Shown here: positions 24,884 to 36,783 of the stretch, piece by piece
Position numbering within the stretch: position 1 is the stretch's first letter
Layout: every line of letters begins with the position of its first letter
Assembly: GCA_963707985.1 (NCBI GenBank)
Contig: CAVPRW010000025.1
Coordinates: 1-64,000, forward strand
Direction: 5' to 3'
Length of the DNA stretch: 64,000 bases
Source: an uncultured Nitrospinota bacterium
GTDB lineage: Bacteria > Tectomicrobia > Entotheonellia > J063 > CAVPRW01
Notes under the pieces: model-generated
Database searches by the model: none
What the model saw: the letters and a program-made list of their open reading frames with translations, nothing else
What the model was told of the DNA's origin: nothing
Position numbers and translations under genes: made by a program

Positions 24884-25049
24884 CGAGCGAGTCTCTCCTC
24901 TCGTTGGTTCCGCTGCCGGAAAACCGCCCTCGGCTCCAGAGCGCCTAAAGCCGACGCAGAGGACCCCTGATCGTTCGAACATGATCGTTTGCTAGAGAAT
25001 AATCTAACGTCTGCGGGAGGGCACGTCTATGCTACTTTGGGCCAGGTGG

Positions 25050-25674
25050 CTACGACTTTGGGGGGAGGAGGCCGAGCTGATCAGCGAGTCTGATGAGGTC
25101 GGCGAGGGACTCGGCGCGCATCTTGGCCATCACCTGCTGGCGGTGCGTTTTCACCGTGGCCTCGCTCGTGCCCAGCTCGCCCGCGATCTGCTTGTTGAGC
25201 CGCCCGGCCACCATACGTGCCATCACCTCCCGCTGCCGCGGCGTGAGCGTAGTCAAACCGGCGGCGCAGGGCCTCGCGCTGCGCCCGCTGCTGCGCGCGC
25301 CTGGCGGTCGCGGGCGAGCGCCTGGTGAATGGCGTCGAGCAGGTCTTGGTCGCGGAAGGGCTTGGGCAAAAATTCCACGGCCCCGGCTTTCATGGCCTGC
25401 ACGCTCATCGGGATGTCGCCGTGCCCGGTGATGAAAATAATCGGCATTCCAGGTCGCCCGCCGCCAGCTGCCGCTGCAGCTCCAGCCCGCTGAGGCCTGG
25501 CAGCCGCACATCGAGCACCAGGCAGCTGGGCCCCTCCGGGCGCGGGCGGCGCAGGAACTCCTGCGCCGAGGCGAAGGCGACGACCTGCAGCCCCACGGAC
25601 TCCAGGAGGTCCTGGAGGGACGCACGCAGCGAGGCATCATCATCGACGACGAAGACCAGGGCCTCGGCATCCAT
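25050..25674 (-). CDS. FixJ/NodW-type response regulator, copy 2 (frameshifted)
   Basis: [42 protein letters not shown]. Confidence 0.88.
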
Positions 25675-28600
25675 CATCCCACCCCCTCGCTCCCGATCGG
25701 CAGCGTGAACTGCACGACGGCGCCGTGGGGCACATTGGCGGTCGCCCACAGGCGGCCGCCGTGCGCCTCGATAATCGAGCGGCTGATCGCCAGCCCCAGG
25801 CCCAGGCCGTGCGGCTTGGTCGTATAGAAGGCCTCGAACAGCCGGTCCAGACTCTGCGGATCCAGCCCCGGGCCCGAATCGCGCACGGCAATCACGCACC
25901 TCTGTCGCGGCCACGAGCTCCGAACTGACCCACAACTCGCGCGGCCCCGCGCCGACGCCACTCATGGCTTCGATGGCGTTCATCAGCAGATTCAGCAGCA
26001 CTTGCTGCACTTGGATGCGGTCGCCCAAGACCAGCGGCACGTCCGCGGCGAGGTGCGTCTCGACCAGCGACCCCGTGGCGTTGCACTTCGCTGCGCGCCA
26101 GGGCGAGGACGTCCCGGATCGTGTCGTTGAGGTCGAGCCAGTCCTTCTGCGGCGGCGCTTTCTTGGCGAGGGCGCGAATCCGACCGATGATTTCGCCCGC
26201 GCGATGGCCGTCGGCGATCACCCGCAAGGCGGACTGCCGGGCTTCCTCCAGGTCCTGCGCGGCGAGCCAGCGCACGCAGGCACTGGCGTTGTTGACCACG
26301 GCGGCCAGCGGCTGGTTGATTTCATGGGCGATCGAGGCCGTCAGCTCGCCCAACGTCGTCAGCCGCGTGACGTGCGCCAGCTCCGCCTGCGCCTGGTGCA
26401 AGGCCTCCTCGGCCCGCTTGCGCTCGGTCAAATCGAGCACGAACGCGACACCCTCGTCCTGCCGTTCCCTCGAACACGGCGGCGCCGACCAGGACCGGCA
26501 CGCGACTGCCGTCTTTGCGGAAGTATTCCTTCTCGAACGGCTCGCAGACCCCGGTGGCGGCCAGCTCTGCCAACGCCTGCTCGTCGCGCCGCGCGCCATT
26601 TGTCGGGCGTGAGTTCCCGTCCAACGCACGCGACCGGACACGAGATCTTCGCGGCCGTATCCCACCATGCGGAGAAAGGCGTCGTTGGCCTCGAGAATCC
26701 GGCCTTCGAGATTCCAGATGACGATCCCGATGATGTTGGCGTCCACCAGGCGCCGGATCTGCGCTTCCCGTTCTGCGAGCTCGCTATACAGACGGGTGTT
26801 TTCCAGCGAGATCGCCGCCTCGCGAGGCGAGCAGTTTCAGGACCGCGATCCGGGCCGGCGTGAAGACGTGGGGGGTCAGGTTGTTTTCCAGGTAGAGCAC
26901 GCCGATCAGTCTGGCCTGCTTCAGCAGCGGCAGGCAGAGAACAGAACGGGCGTGATGCTGACGGATGTACGCATCGGCGGAAAACGGGTTCTGGGCCGAG
27001 GCATCGTCCAGAATCACGCTCTCCTGGGTGCGCACGACATAGTGGAGGACCGACTCTGGCAGCGTCGGCCGCGGTCACGCTCGCTTCTCGCAGACGGACC
27101 GTGACCGTGTCGCCGCTGGTCGTGGCTTCCGCCTCGATCCGCAGCTCATCACCTCGCGGCAGAATCAACAGACCGCGCTCAGCGCCCGCGTGCTCAATCG
27201 CCGTGCGCATGAGCGTGTCGATCAGCTTCTCCAGCACGATCTCGCCCGACACGGCTTGCGAGACTTTGATCACGGTCGCGAGATCCAGGTGCTCGACCGG
27301 TGCCCCGATCGTGCTCGTCGGACCGGGCACCGGCTCTTCCTTCCTGAGGTGCGGATAGAGCTGCATCGAGTTGCCGCACCTTGCCATCGGCTCCCCAGAC
27401 GGCGATAGCACGTACCGGGCATCGCGCAGGTAGCGCAGCGCCGATCTTCTCGAAGCCCGCGCTGCAGATAGAAGCGCGCCGGCCAGTTCGTTGGCGAGCG
27501 CCTCATTGTGGACAAAGCCGTTGGCGCGGGCGGAGCGGATGGCCTGTTCGTAGAGGCGCATCGGCATCGAGCTCGCGGCCTTCGATGCGTGCGATCTCCG
27601 CGCCCACCAGCGCGGCGCGGTTCTCGAAATTCTCCGGGCAATTCTCCGCCCAGACCTCGAGCTGTCGGTGGTGGGCGGCCAGCGCCTCGACATGCTGCTG
27701 CCGCTGGTCGGCTGCGGCGGAGTCGCAGCATGCGGCGTGGGACAGCGCGCCGTAAAAGTGAAATTCCGCCGCGTCCAGTGGTGATGGCGATGTCCACAGC
27801 AGCCGTTGCGCCTGCGATGAGGCCTCGACGGCCGCGGCATAGTCGCCGGCCAAGAAGCGCGCCTGCAGCTTGCGGATCCAATACCAGCACTCGGCCAGCG
27901 CCAAATCCGGATTGTCTGCAAAATGGCGCTCGATCCGCAGCTCGTCAAACTGCTCATCATCCAGGGAGCCGAACTTCCGCGTCAGTCCCCGGAGCGTCCG
28001 GATCAGCCCGAGCTGCGTGGCGATGACGTCAATGACAAACCCGAACCGCACCTTCTGCGCAAACGCGAGACCATTCTCGGCTTCGCGTTGCATCTCGGCA
28101 AGCGGGTCGCCCGCCGCGAGCAGGTTCGCGTTCAGTTGGTTGCAGCTATAGGCCGCAAACGTGAGGTCGCCGATCTTGTTCGCGGCCTCGAACGCGCGGC
28201 GCACCAGCTCGCGGCCAGCCCGGACATGTCTCGTCCATGGCAGGATGGCATTTCCCAAGCCCATATAGGTCACTGGCCTGGAAGCGCTTCAATCCGCGTT
28301 GTTCGACCAGTTCATAGCCGAGCTGGCCGAAGCGAAATCCGGCCTGGTAGTTGCCGAAATGCGGGCCAGCGACCATGCCAAGCCATGCATAGGCGAAGCA
28401 CGACCCGTCGCTGTTGCCATGCTCGAGGCTGAGATTGACCGCTCGGCAGATGACCAGGGCCAATAGGTTTTCATCCGTAAACATGTGCAGGCGGCACGAC
28501 CTTGGTCAGCACATCGAGCGTCGCGAGGGATGCCGGGTCGCTCATCAAGGGCAGCTCGATGAGCTCCTCGATCGTGCGGCCCCCGAGCTGGGACCAGATC

Positions 28601-31201
28601 CGCTCGTATTCGCGTCGCACGTCCTCTTCGGTCGGATGCGGCGACCAGTCGATGCCTACCCGTCGGAGGTAGTCGAGACCGACGGCGACCGCGCGGTCGC
28701 TCTGATCCAAGAGTCGTGTACAGATCCACGCGTAAGCACGAGACGGTCGCGTGCTCGACCGTCGTGGCGGCGCGAGTTGAAAGCGCGGTCAAGCGCTCCT
28801 CCGCCGCCGCCAGCTCACCGGTCAGGAACTCGCATTCGGCCCGGTGCAACTCCAGCGCGAAGGTGAGCTCGTGCTGGCGCTCCCAGCAGTCTTCCGCCAG
28901 CAGCGCCGCGCCGGCGACGAGATACGTGAGCGCCGAGGCGTAGGCGGTCGACGCTCTTGGCGCGCTTGCCCGCGATCAGGTTGAGCTCAGCCAGCTGCTC
29001 ACGTTCGTCTCGCGAGGTGATCAGGGCGGCGCCGCGGTTGAGCTGATTGACGATCTCGAAGATCGCCTCTTCCCGCTTCTCCGGCGGCGTGTGCGCCGCG
29101 AGCAGCCTGCCGATTCGCAGATGGGCCTCGGCGCGCAGCTCTTCCGGGATCAGTGAATAGGCGGCTTCCTGGACACGGTCGTGGAGGAATCGGTAGGAAC
29201 CTTCCGAGCGGAACGATCGAGTCCCGACCGGACCGCTTCCCAAAGGTCGCCGTGCATGTCCTCGTCCGAGTCCTCGTGAACCATCGCCAGCATGGCGAAC
29301 TCTGCGCTGTTGCCCATGCAGGCAAGCTGCTGTAAGCGCCTTCTGGGTTTCGACGGGCAGGCGATTCAACTTCCCGACCATGAGGTCCACCACGTTGTCG
29401 GTGTAGCCCTTGGCGTGAATGCGATTCAGGTCCCAGGACCATCGCGCCTGCGCCATGATCGAAGGTGAGTAACCCCTCTTCGGCCAGCGCAGAAATGAAC
29501 TGAATGGCGAAAAACGGATTGCCCGCCGTCTTCTCGTGCACCAGTTGCGCCAGCGGGGCGGCGCGCTCCGGTTCGCAGTGAAGGGAATCCGCCAGCAGCT
29601 GGCCCAGATCGTCGACGGGCGAGCGGCGCAAGGACGATCTCCTGCACTGCTCGCTCCAGCCTGGCGGATCGCATCGAGCTTGCGCATCAGCGGATGGGTG
29701 GCATTGACCTCGTTGTCCCGGTAGGCGCCGATCAGCAGCAAGTGCTGCACATCCGGCTGGGTCAACAGATCCTCGAGCAAATCGAGCGTCGCCGCGTCGA
29801 GCCATTGCAAATCGTCGAGGAACAGCGCCAGCGGATGCTCCGGCCGCGCGAAGACGCCGATGAACCGCCGAAACACCAGCTGGAAACGTCTTTGCGCGTC
29901 CTGTGGCGGAAGCTCAGGGACCGGTGGCTGTTCTCCGATGATGAGCTTCAATTCGGGGACGAGGTCGACGATGAGCCGTCCGTTCGGCCCCAGCGCCTCA
30001 CGAAGCGCGTCACGCCAGCTGTCCAGCTCGGCTTCGCTCTTGCTCAGCAGCGGACGGATCAGGCTCTGAAAGGCTTGCGCCAAGCGTGGCATACGGGATG
30101 TCGCGCTTGTACTGGTCGAACTTGCCTGAGGCAAACAGGCCGCGCGGCGGAACGAGCACCTTGTGCAGCTCGTTGACGACGGACGGACTTGCCGATGCCG
30201 GAATAGCCGGAGACGAGCACCAGCTCCGGCGTGCCGCTGGCGACGACGCGATCGAAGGCGGCGAGCAGGGTGTCGATCTCGCGCTCCCGCCCGTACAGTT
30301 TCTCGGGAATCAGGAGCCGGTCCGGCGTGTCGTGCGCGCCGAGCGGGAACGCGTCGATCCGGCCTCCGAGACTCCCATTGCAGCCAGGCAGCGCCGGAGG
30401 TCGCTCTCGACGCCCGCCGCGGTCTGATAGCGCTCCTCGGCCGTCTTGGCGAGCAGCTTCATGATGATCGCCGAGACGGCGCTGGGGACCTCCTGCAGCC
30501 GCTCGGCGGGCGGCACCGGCTGCCTCGCGATGTGGCAGTGCACCCATTCCATCGGATCGGACGCCGTGAAGGGCAGACTGCCGGTCAGCATCTCGTAGAG
30601 CGTGACGCCGAGGGAGTAGAGGTCGCTGCGGGAATCGATCGACCGATTCATTCGTCCGGTCTGTTCGGGCGCCATGTAGGCGAGCGTCCCCGCGATGACC
30701 TCGGGCGGTTCGGGCGCCTGGCGCTCGCGCGGCAGGCGCGACGCGATGCCGAAGCCCAGTGAGCCAGACCTGGCCGGTCGCAGAGTTGACGAGCACATTG
30801 GCCGGCTTGATGTCCTTGTGGATCAGGCCCCGCCCGTGGAGCTGGCCCAGCGCGACCGCGAGGCCAATGGCGACGCGCAAGAACTGCGGTCAACTCCAGC
30901 GGGCTACCCAGCAGCCGCGTCGAGCGGCTCGCCGCCGGGGTCGGTCGAGGACGAGCACCGTCCGCCCCTGGTGCGGGGCGAGGGCGAGAGGCCGGACGGC
31001 CCACCCGGGGTCAAGCTCGGCCCGTAAGGCGTATTCGTGCTCCATCCGCCTGAGGCTTCCCGGTGCGGGGCGTTCCGAGACGGGTGCCAGCACGAGCACG
31101 GGGGGGAGAACGGCGTCTATGCGACTGCGGTGCTGGCCCCGATACAGGATGAACTCCCCATCCTTCCGAAGCGTCTCGAGCCGGTATGCTGAAAGCTCCA
31201 T
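25674..31201 (-). CDS. Multidomain Ser/Thr-kinase-like + AAA + GAF + PAS + histidine kinase, copy 2 (many frameshifts)
   Basis: [17 protein letters not shown] start after GGAGG; same motif series as copy 1; H-box AHEINQPL. Confidence 0.9.
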
Positions 31202-31287
31202 GGCGGCGGCCTCCGTGTCGTGCCCGTGATCTTGGCCCAACGCTCGAATCGATGCGTCATCTCGTCGCGGTCTGCCGATGCTGACCA

Positions 31288-31452
31288 CGGATGGATGGCT
31301 TCATAGGTCACGTCGATGCCGCGTTCGCACAAGAGTGCTTGCGCGTCGCGGTCGCTCAGGTGAACGCCATCATAACGCCAAGCCCCGTGGCTGATGATTG
31401 CGCCGGGAAAACGGTGATGTGTGTCGCCCTCGGTGTGGATGGGAGGGGTCAT
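31288..31452 (-). mobile_element. IS6-family transposase N-terminal remnant
   Basis: HHRFPGAIISHGAWRYD..LSDRDAQALL.ERGIDVTYEAI. Confidence 0.75.
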
Positions 31453-31559
31453 GTCTGGCTGCCTCTCCTGGGGTGGCATCAGTCACCTATCGGGCATCAC
31501 CGAGGTGAGTATGACATGAGGTGGCAAGGAGGGTCAACAACTGGCACCCCCCCGCGAAC

Positions 31560-33224
31560 CTACCGATCCAGCCACAGCGCGGCCGCACGGCCGCCATAGT
31601 CGAAGCTGGGGTTGGGGGCATAGTTCTTGACATACGGTTGCCAGGAGGCGGTGATCGTGTTGACATTGGTGTACACATAGTACTGCTGTTCCGCGGCATA
31701 GCGCTGGATGTCGAAGATGAGCTGCTTGCGCGCCTCCAGATCCTTGGTGCGCCGTTGCTCCTTCAGCATCGCCGTGATCTTGGCGTCATTGACGCGGCCA
31801 GTGTTCCACGATGAATCGGACGCATAGGCCTGGTACAGTGGGCTATCCGGTTCCCAGGCGATGCCGACGGGGCCTCGCACCATGCCCTCGAACTTGCCCT
31901 GCTCCGTCGTGGCCACATACGCGCCATACTCTTGGATCTTCAGCTCAACGTCGATGCCGACGTCTTTGAGGAAGCGTTGCACTAACTGCGCGTCGTCGAG
32001 GAGGTCGCGTCCGAAGCCAGCGGTGACCGTGAGCTGGGTTTTCAAGCCGTTGGGGAACCCGGCTTCCGCCAGCAGGCGCCGGGCCTCCTTGGGATCGTAT
32101 TGATAGTATTTTGCCCCCTCGCCTAACTGTTCGATGGGGAGCGACCACCCGATCAGACCGCGGGTCACCGCCGGGGTCGGTTCGCCCTTGGCCCACACGG
32201 CATCGATGAGCGCCTGGCGATCGATGGCATGGGAGATGGCGCGTCGCACGCGCACATCGGCGAAGGGAGACATATCGGTCCGCATCGAGATCGCCTGGCT
32301 CACCGTGGAGAGGAAATCCTGATACAGCAAGAGGGGATGGGTCTTCTTCAGCGCTTCTACGTCTTGCTGGCGCACGCTCCACCAGTGCCAGGGGCCACAG
32401 TCGATTTGGCCGGTACGATACATGGCCAGCCCAGTCGAGTCGTCCTCGAGCACCAACCACTCCACCCCGTCGACGAACGGTTGGCCTTGCCGGAAGTAGT
32501 CCGGGTTGCGCCTGAAGACCGTTTTGACGTTCGGCTCGTAACGCTCCAAGACGAAAGGGCCGGTGCCGATGGCGGTCTCGGGCTTCTTCAGGTCGCCGAA
32601 TTGCTGTACCACCTCCGGGGCGATGATCCAAGTGCTCCAGGGGTACGCCAGCGCATTGACCAGCCAGACGTAGGGCTCCTTCAGCAAAAACTTCACCGTA
32701 TAGCGGTCCACCACCTCGACCCGGTCGACAAGGTCCAGGATATAACGGTTCGCATTCCCCGGCTCAGTCAGGAAGCGGTCATAGGTCAATTTGACATCCT
32801 CGGCCACCAGCTCGCGGCCGTTGACGGGTGGCTTGTTGTGCCATTTAATCCCCTGGCGGAGGTAGAACACATACGTTGTATCGTTCAGCTCCTCCCAGCG
32901 CTCTGCTAGATCGGGTTCGACGATGAAGGTGCCCGGTCGTACCCCAGGCCCGACCTGATGTCGCACCAGCCTACTGTAGACAAAGCTCAAGGTGGTATGC
33001 GTCTTAAAGCTGATGGTGAGATGGGGGTCGAAGTGCACTGGGTCATAGCCACGCACGCGCAGGATGCCGCCGTGCTTGGGTGTTCCCGCTTCCCCAGCCC
33101 AGGGCGGGGACGGGCCATAGCGGGGCCAGGCGCACAGCGTGGCGCCGGCGGCCAGGCCAGCGTTCAGCAGCTCGCGACGGCTTAGACCATGGGCATGTGG
33201 GAGATGACCGTTCTGCTGCAGCAT
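31560..33224 (-). CDS. ABC transporter substrate-binding protein (family 5, peptide/nickel) with Tat signal
   Basis: SRRELL twin-arginine signal, PDLAERWE, IGTGPF, DVRVRRAISHAIDR. Confidence 0.92.
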   Translation of the reverse strand: MLQQNGHLPHAHGLSRRELLNAGLAAGATLCAWPRYGPSPPWAGEAGTPKHGGILRVRGYDPVHFDPHLTISFKTHTTLSFVYSRLVRHQVGPGVRPGTFIVEPDLAERWEELNDTTYVFYLRQGIKWHNKPPVNGRELVAEDVKLTYDRFLTEPGNANRYILDLVDRVEVVDRYTVKFLLKEPYVWLVNALAYPWSTWIIAPEVVQQFGDLKKPETAIGTGPFVLERYEPNVKTVFRRNPDYFRQGQPFVDGVEWLVLEDDSTGLAMYRTGQIDCGPWHWWSVRQQDVEALKKTHPLLLYQDFLSTVSQAISMRTDMSPFADVRVRRAISHAIDRQALIDAVWAKGEPTPAVTRGLIGWSLPIEQLGEGAKYYQYDPKEARRLLAEAGFPNGLKTQLTVTAGFGRDLLDDAQLVQRFLKDVGIDVELKIQEYGAYVATTEQGKFEGMVRGPVGIAWEPDSPLYQAYASDSSWNTGRVNDAKITAMLKEQRRTKDLEARKQLIFDIQRYAAEQQYYVYTNVNTITASWQPYVKNYAPNPSFDYGGRAAALWLDR

Positions 33225-33322
33225 GAGCAGCCCTCCTTCTGGAAGACACCAACGAAAACTGAGAACTGAGTCGCGAAATACTTTCCCTCAGTCCTCGCCT
33301 CTATGGCTTACCCAGGCATATC

Positions 33323-34183
33323 GCCTTCCAGGAGCAACGGCGCACACAGGGAGGCCAAGGCGTCCAGTTTGCTGGACACTTCACTCACGTGTTCGGCCCC
33401 CGTGTCTGCCTAAAGGACTCGGCATCATCCCCGCGATACGGTGGCACCCTGAACGCGTGGCGTCAGGCGTCGCGCGGTGCTTTCGCCGTGCGGCCTGGGG
33501 GCTTCTCATCCGACTCGGCCAGGCGCCTCCGACGCCGCCTACGGGGAGCGATGGGTTCTGCTGGCCTCTCCGTGTCAGTGGCAGGTCCATGACGGGCCAA
33601 CGTGTCCAAATCCGCCGCCATCCGGGCGAGCACCCGGTATACCCGCGTCTAATCAAAGTGGCACATTCCGTCGCATCCTCGGTGTCAGGGCGGAGGTTGA
33701 CGACCACCATCTCGCCACCCTCCAGCTGCGCCAGCTAATCGAGGCACCATCGCAACACTTCCACCTCATCGGCAACCCTGGCTTGCATCACCGCAGGGGA
33801 TGCCGCGTGAGCTCTGGCGGCTTCCCCTGCGGATGGGTGGTCAACACCCACGCAGGTGTGTCAGCCATGCGGGCATCTCGCGAGCTTCAGCAGCCTGGAG
33901 GAGTTGATGGAGACGGCTGCGACTCAGGCCCGTCGCGGCGGCCATCTGTCTGATGGAGAGACCGGCGTCACGTGCTGCGACGATGGCCCAGATCCGCTCG
34001 TGTTCGGCCTCGTGCAACCGCATCGTTGCCAAGCATAGGCGCTTGTTGATCTGCTGGTCGCGTCGGGAGTGCTGTCGGCGTTCGTCTCGGGTATCCATGG
34101 GCTGAGGATACCCCTTGATGATTCAGGTGTCCAGCAAACTGGGCGCCTTGGCGTCCCTGTGTGCGCCGTTACTCCGGGAAGGC
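33323..34183. repeat. 57-bp inverted repeat pair (33323-33379 / 34127-34183), 4 mismatches
   Basis: GCCTTCC..GCGCACACAGGGA..CCAGTTTGCTGGACAC and its reverse complement, compared base by base. Confidence 0.9.
33480..34098 (-). pseudogene. HTH-containing hypothetical protein, disrupted
   Basis: ERIWAIVAARDAGLSIRQMAAATGLSRSRLHQLL; continues across stops and frameshifts (EVLRWCLD*..VVVNLRPD). Confidence 0.55.
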
Positions 34184-34224
34184 CTATTGCAGGGGCCGCG
34201 GCGGCACATCCGAGAAGAGCTGGC

Positions 34225-34795
34225 CGAGTCCACCACCGCCGGGTCGGAGATCCGGGTATAGATGCGGGTCGACTCCACCGAGGCGTCCCCCAGCCGTTTC
34301 TGTAAGGTGAGCTCGCACATCCCCCCTTCCCACATCCGCGTGGCATGGGTGTGCCTGAGACTGTGCGGGGTCAACCACGGCTCCTGGAGTCCCGCGCGTG
34401 TGCAGGCCCGGCGAAAGAGCTTGGCCAAGGCGGCATAGCTCAAGGGCTCGTGTCGACGCTGTCCACCCCCCCAACGAGAAAGAGAAACGGGAGCGGCCCA
34501 TCGCTGGGCCGCTCCGTCATGACATAGGTACTGACCGTTTCCAGCGTCACTGCTTCATGTGAGTCGACCACGCGTTCCACACGGCTTTTACTGCAGACCC
34601 CCCTGGGATGGTCACAACGCCCGCGCACCGTCACGCGCCGGCGACCATAAGCCACGTCCTCCAGATGTAACGAGAGCACTTCGCCGGGCCGCAAGCCGCC
34701 AACGAGCATCAAGCGCACCAAGGCCAGGTCACGCGGGCCCCGCAGGGTGTCAAGCAGGGCGCTGACTTGGGCTTCCGCCAACGGTCGGGGTAAAC
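34225..34795 (-). pseudogene. Tyrosine recombinase (Tn554 TnpA/RIT-like), truncated and frameshifted
   Basis: RDLALVRLML.GGLRPGEV, TPHSLRHTHAT, LG(D)AS..STRIY; 5' part missing, frameshift near 34440. Confidence 0.85.
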
Positions 34796-34997
34796 GTTGG
34801 GGTGGAGCGAACAAAAGTACCAAAAGTTTCATAGGGTTTCTCTGTGATCAATCATATCAATAGGTTATACGATCGGTCACCGTAGAGTGTGTCTCATGTC
34901 CATCGACATTTGCGAAGACTACCTTCTTCGTAACTCATTGTAAAATATATCAGCTGAAAGGCTGTGAAACCTTTGGTACCTTTGTTCGCTTCAACCC
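34796..34997. mobile_element. About 200-bp MITE-like element with about 36-bp terminal inverted repeats
   Basis: GGGGTGGAGCGAACAAAAGTACCAAAAGTTTCATAG vs reverse complement of 34962-34997 GGGTTGAAGCGAACAAAGGTACCAAAGGTTTCACAG; AT-rich non-coding core. Confidence 0.75.
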
Positions 34998-35826
34998 GAA
35001 TGGCATTCAGTTTGGCTGCAACCCTTTTGCTACAAAGGAGTTAGGACGCCTACAACCCGCGGATCTCCTCTGGCAAGATGGAGGCTCCACCCCGCTTTTT
35101 GAGAGGAGAGCCCCCATGGTACCCAGTGTCACGACTGTCCGCCAGCGCTTCAAAACCGATTGGGCTGCCCAACTGCAACCCGAGGCGATCCACACCGCCT
35201 GCGAAGCCGTAGGCTATACCGCATGGCGTGATCGCCTCCTCAATCCGGTGATCACGGTACAATTGTTTCTGTTACAGATCCTCCATGGCAGTATGGCCTG
35301 TCGCCATCATTGGTGGTGCGCGAGCTTTGGTATGACGTGACTCATCGCGGGTTTCGCTCGCGTCAGATTACTCTGGTGACCACCTTACTCGATGCTGAGT
35401 GCTACCCACGTGCTGACCTGGCCGAACTCTGTCGGAAGCGCTGGGACGCCGAAACTCATCTCGCACAACTCAAGACCACGGAGAAGATGGATGTACTGCA
35501 TTGTAAAACCGTGCTGGGGGTCCACAAGGAACTCCTCGTCCTTGCCATCCTTTATAATCTCGTGCGCCTAGTCATTCTGTAATCGGCCAGACAGCAACAG
35601 GTCGACGTGGAACGGATCAGCTTTCTGGACGCTTTGCGGTGGCTCGAGGCCCCGGACACCGGCGTGCCGTTGGAGATCTTGCTCATCAATCCCGTGCGTC
35701 CGCACCGCATCGAGCCCCGAGTCAAAAAGCGGCGGCCCAAGGCCTTCCCCTTTATGAGCAAACCACGACGTATGCTGCGCCGGGCCTTGATACAGCAAGC
35801 ATTTGGAGCCTAACTGAATGCCATTC
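34998..35826 (+). mobile_element. IS4-family element, internally deleted, with 15-bp TIRs and an 11-bp target duplication
   Basis: TIRs GAATGGCATTCAGTT / AACTGAATGCCATTC; CGCTTCAACCC on both flanks (34987-34997, 35827-35837); transposase pieces WRDRLLNP, LVTTLLD, RKRWDAE, RIEPRVKKRRPK. Confidence 0.92.
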
Positions 35827-36012
35827 CGCTTCAACCCAACTACTGCAATGGTCTGAACCGTTCTCATCTTGAGCTCCTGTCAGTTTCAACGGCCTCTCGA
35901 ATGACTCTTGCCTCCTGTCGAGATCACAGATGACCACAACCTGAGTGGAAGCGGGCCAGTTCTTGCCGGCCCGCCCTATTATGCACCGCGCCTCGTCGGC
36001 ATCGTCCAACAC

Positions 36013-36219
36013 TCACACGTGCTCTGCAGAACAGCAGGAAGAGACGGCGGTCGAGTCCTTGACTGTCGCGGGCACCTCCGCCGGCCAACACGGTCTTCCC
36101 GCATCCAGCAGCCGGCCATCTTCATAGTGGTCGTGGTGTCGGACCCAAGCCATCGGAAAGTACAAGCCAGCTTCGTCGCGCCCCTTTGGGACGAGGTCTA
36201 GATAGTTGTACGTGTTCAT
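36013..36219 (-). pseudogene. DUF899 (thioredoxin-like) C-terminal fragment
   Basis: NTYNYLDLVPKGRDE..MAWVRHHD.Y; 5' end replaced by the ISL3 remnant. Confidence 0.65.
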
Positions 36220-36783
36220 GACCGTGAGCCCCAGCCGCTCGCCCAGCGGCGTGCGCAACCTGCTGAGGTGGACGAGGCGATCACGCTCGCGCAGGACTGT
36301 GCCACCCGGGTGCGCCCACGGCAACCGACGCCACTCGATCCCGGGCTGAAGCGCGCGACCACCCGGACGCTGGAGGCCCTGCGGCGCTTTGTCACAGGAC
36401 GCTACGAGGACGCCGACGCCGTCAACGCCGGTGTGCCCCTCCCGTGGAGTACGGGCCCCGTGGAGGGACAGATCCATCGCCTCACAATGCTCCGGCGCCA
36501 GAGGTTCGGCCGCGCGCGCCTCGATCTCTGGAGCCGACGCTGCGTGCGCGCGCCCGCCGGTGCGCCGGAGCCGGCCCCATCAGGGACAGTGGCCGCCTCG
36601 CGGCCGGCGTCGAGATGGGCATGGCCCGCCACCACGCCTCACAGCCGCGGGGCGCGTGGCAGGTCGATGCGGCTCGGTAGCGGGAGGCGATCGCCTAATC
36701 GTGTCACGGAACCGTCGGCCTGCCGCGCGTGAACGGACTCAATACCGGGCTCTCGCATCTTCACCACAAGTGCCCAAGAGCCC
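36220..36783 (+). mobile_element. ISL3-family transposase C-terminal remnant with right end
   Basis: LPWSTGPVEGQIHRLTMLRRQRFGRA.LDL; terminal CACCACAAGTGCCCAAGAGCC near 36762-36782. Confidence 0.85.
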
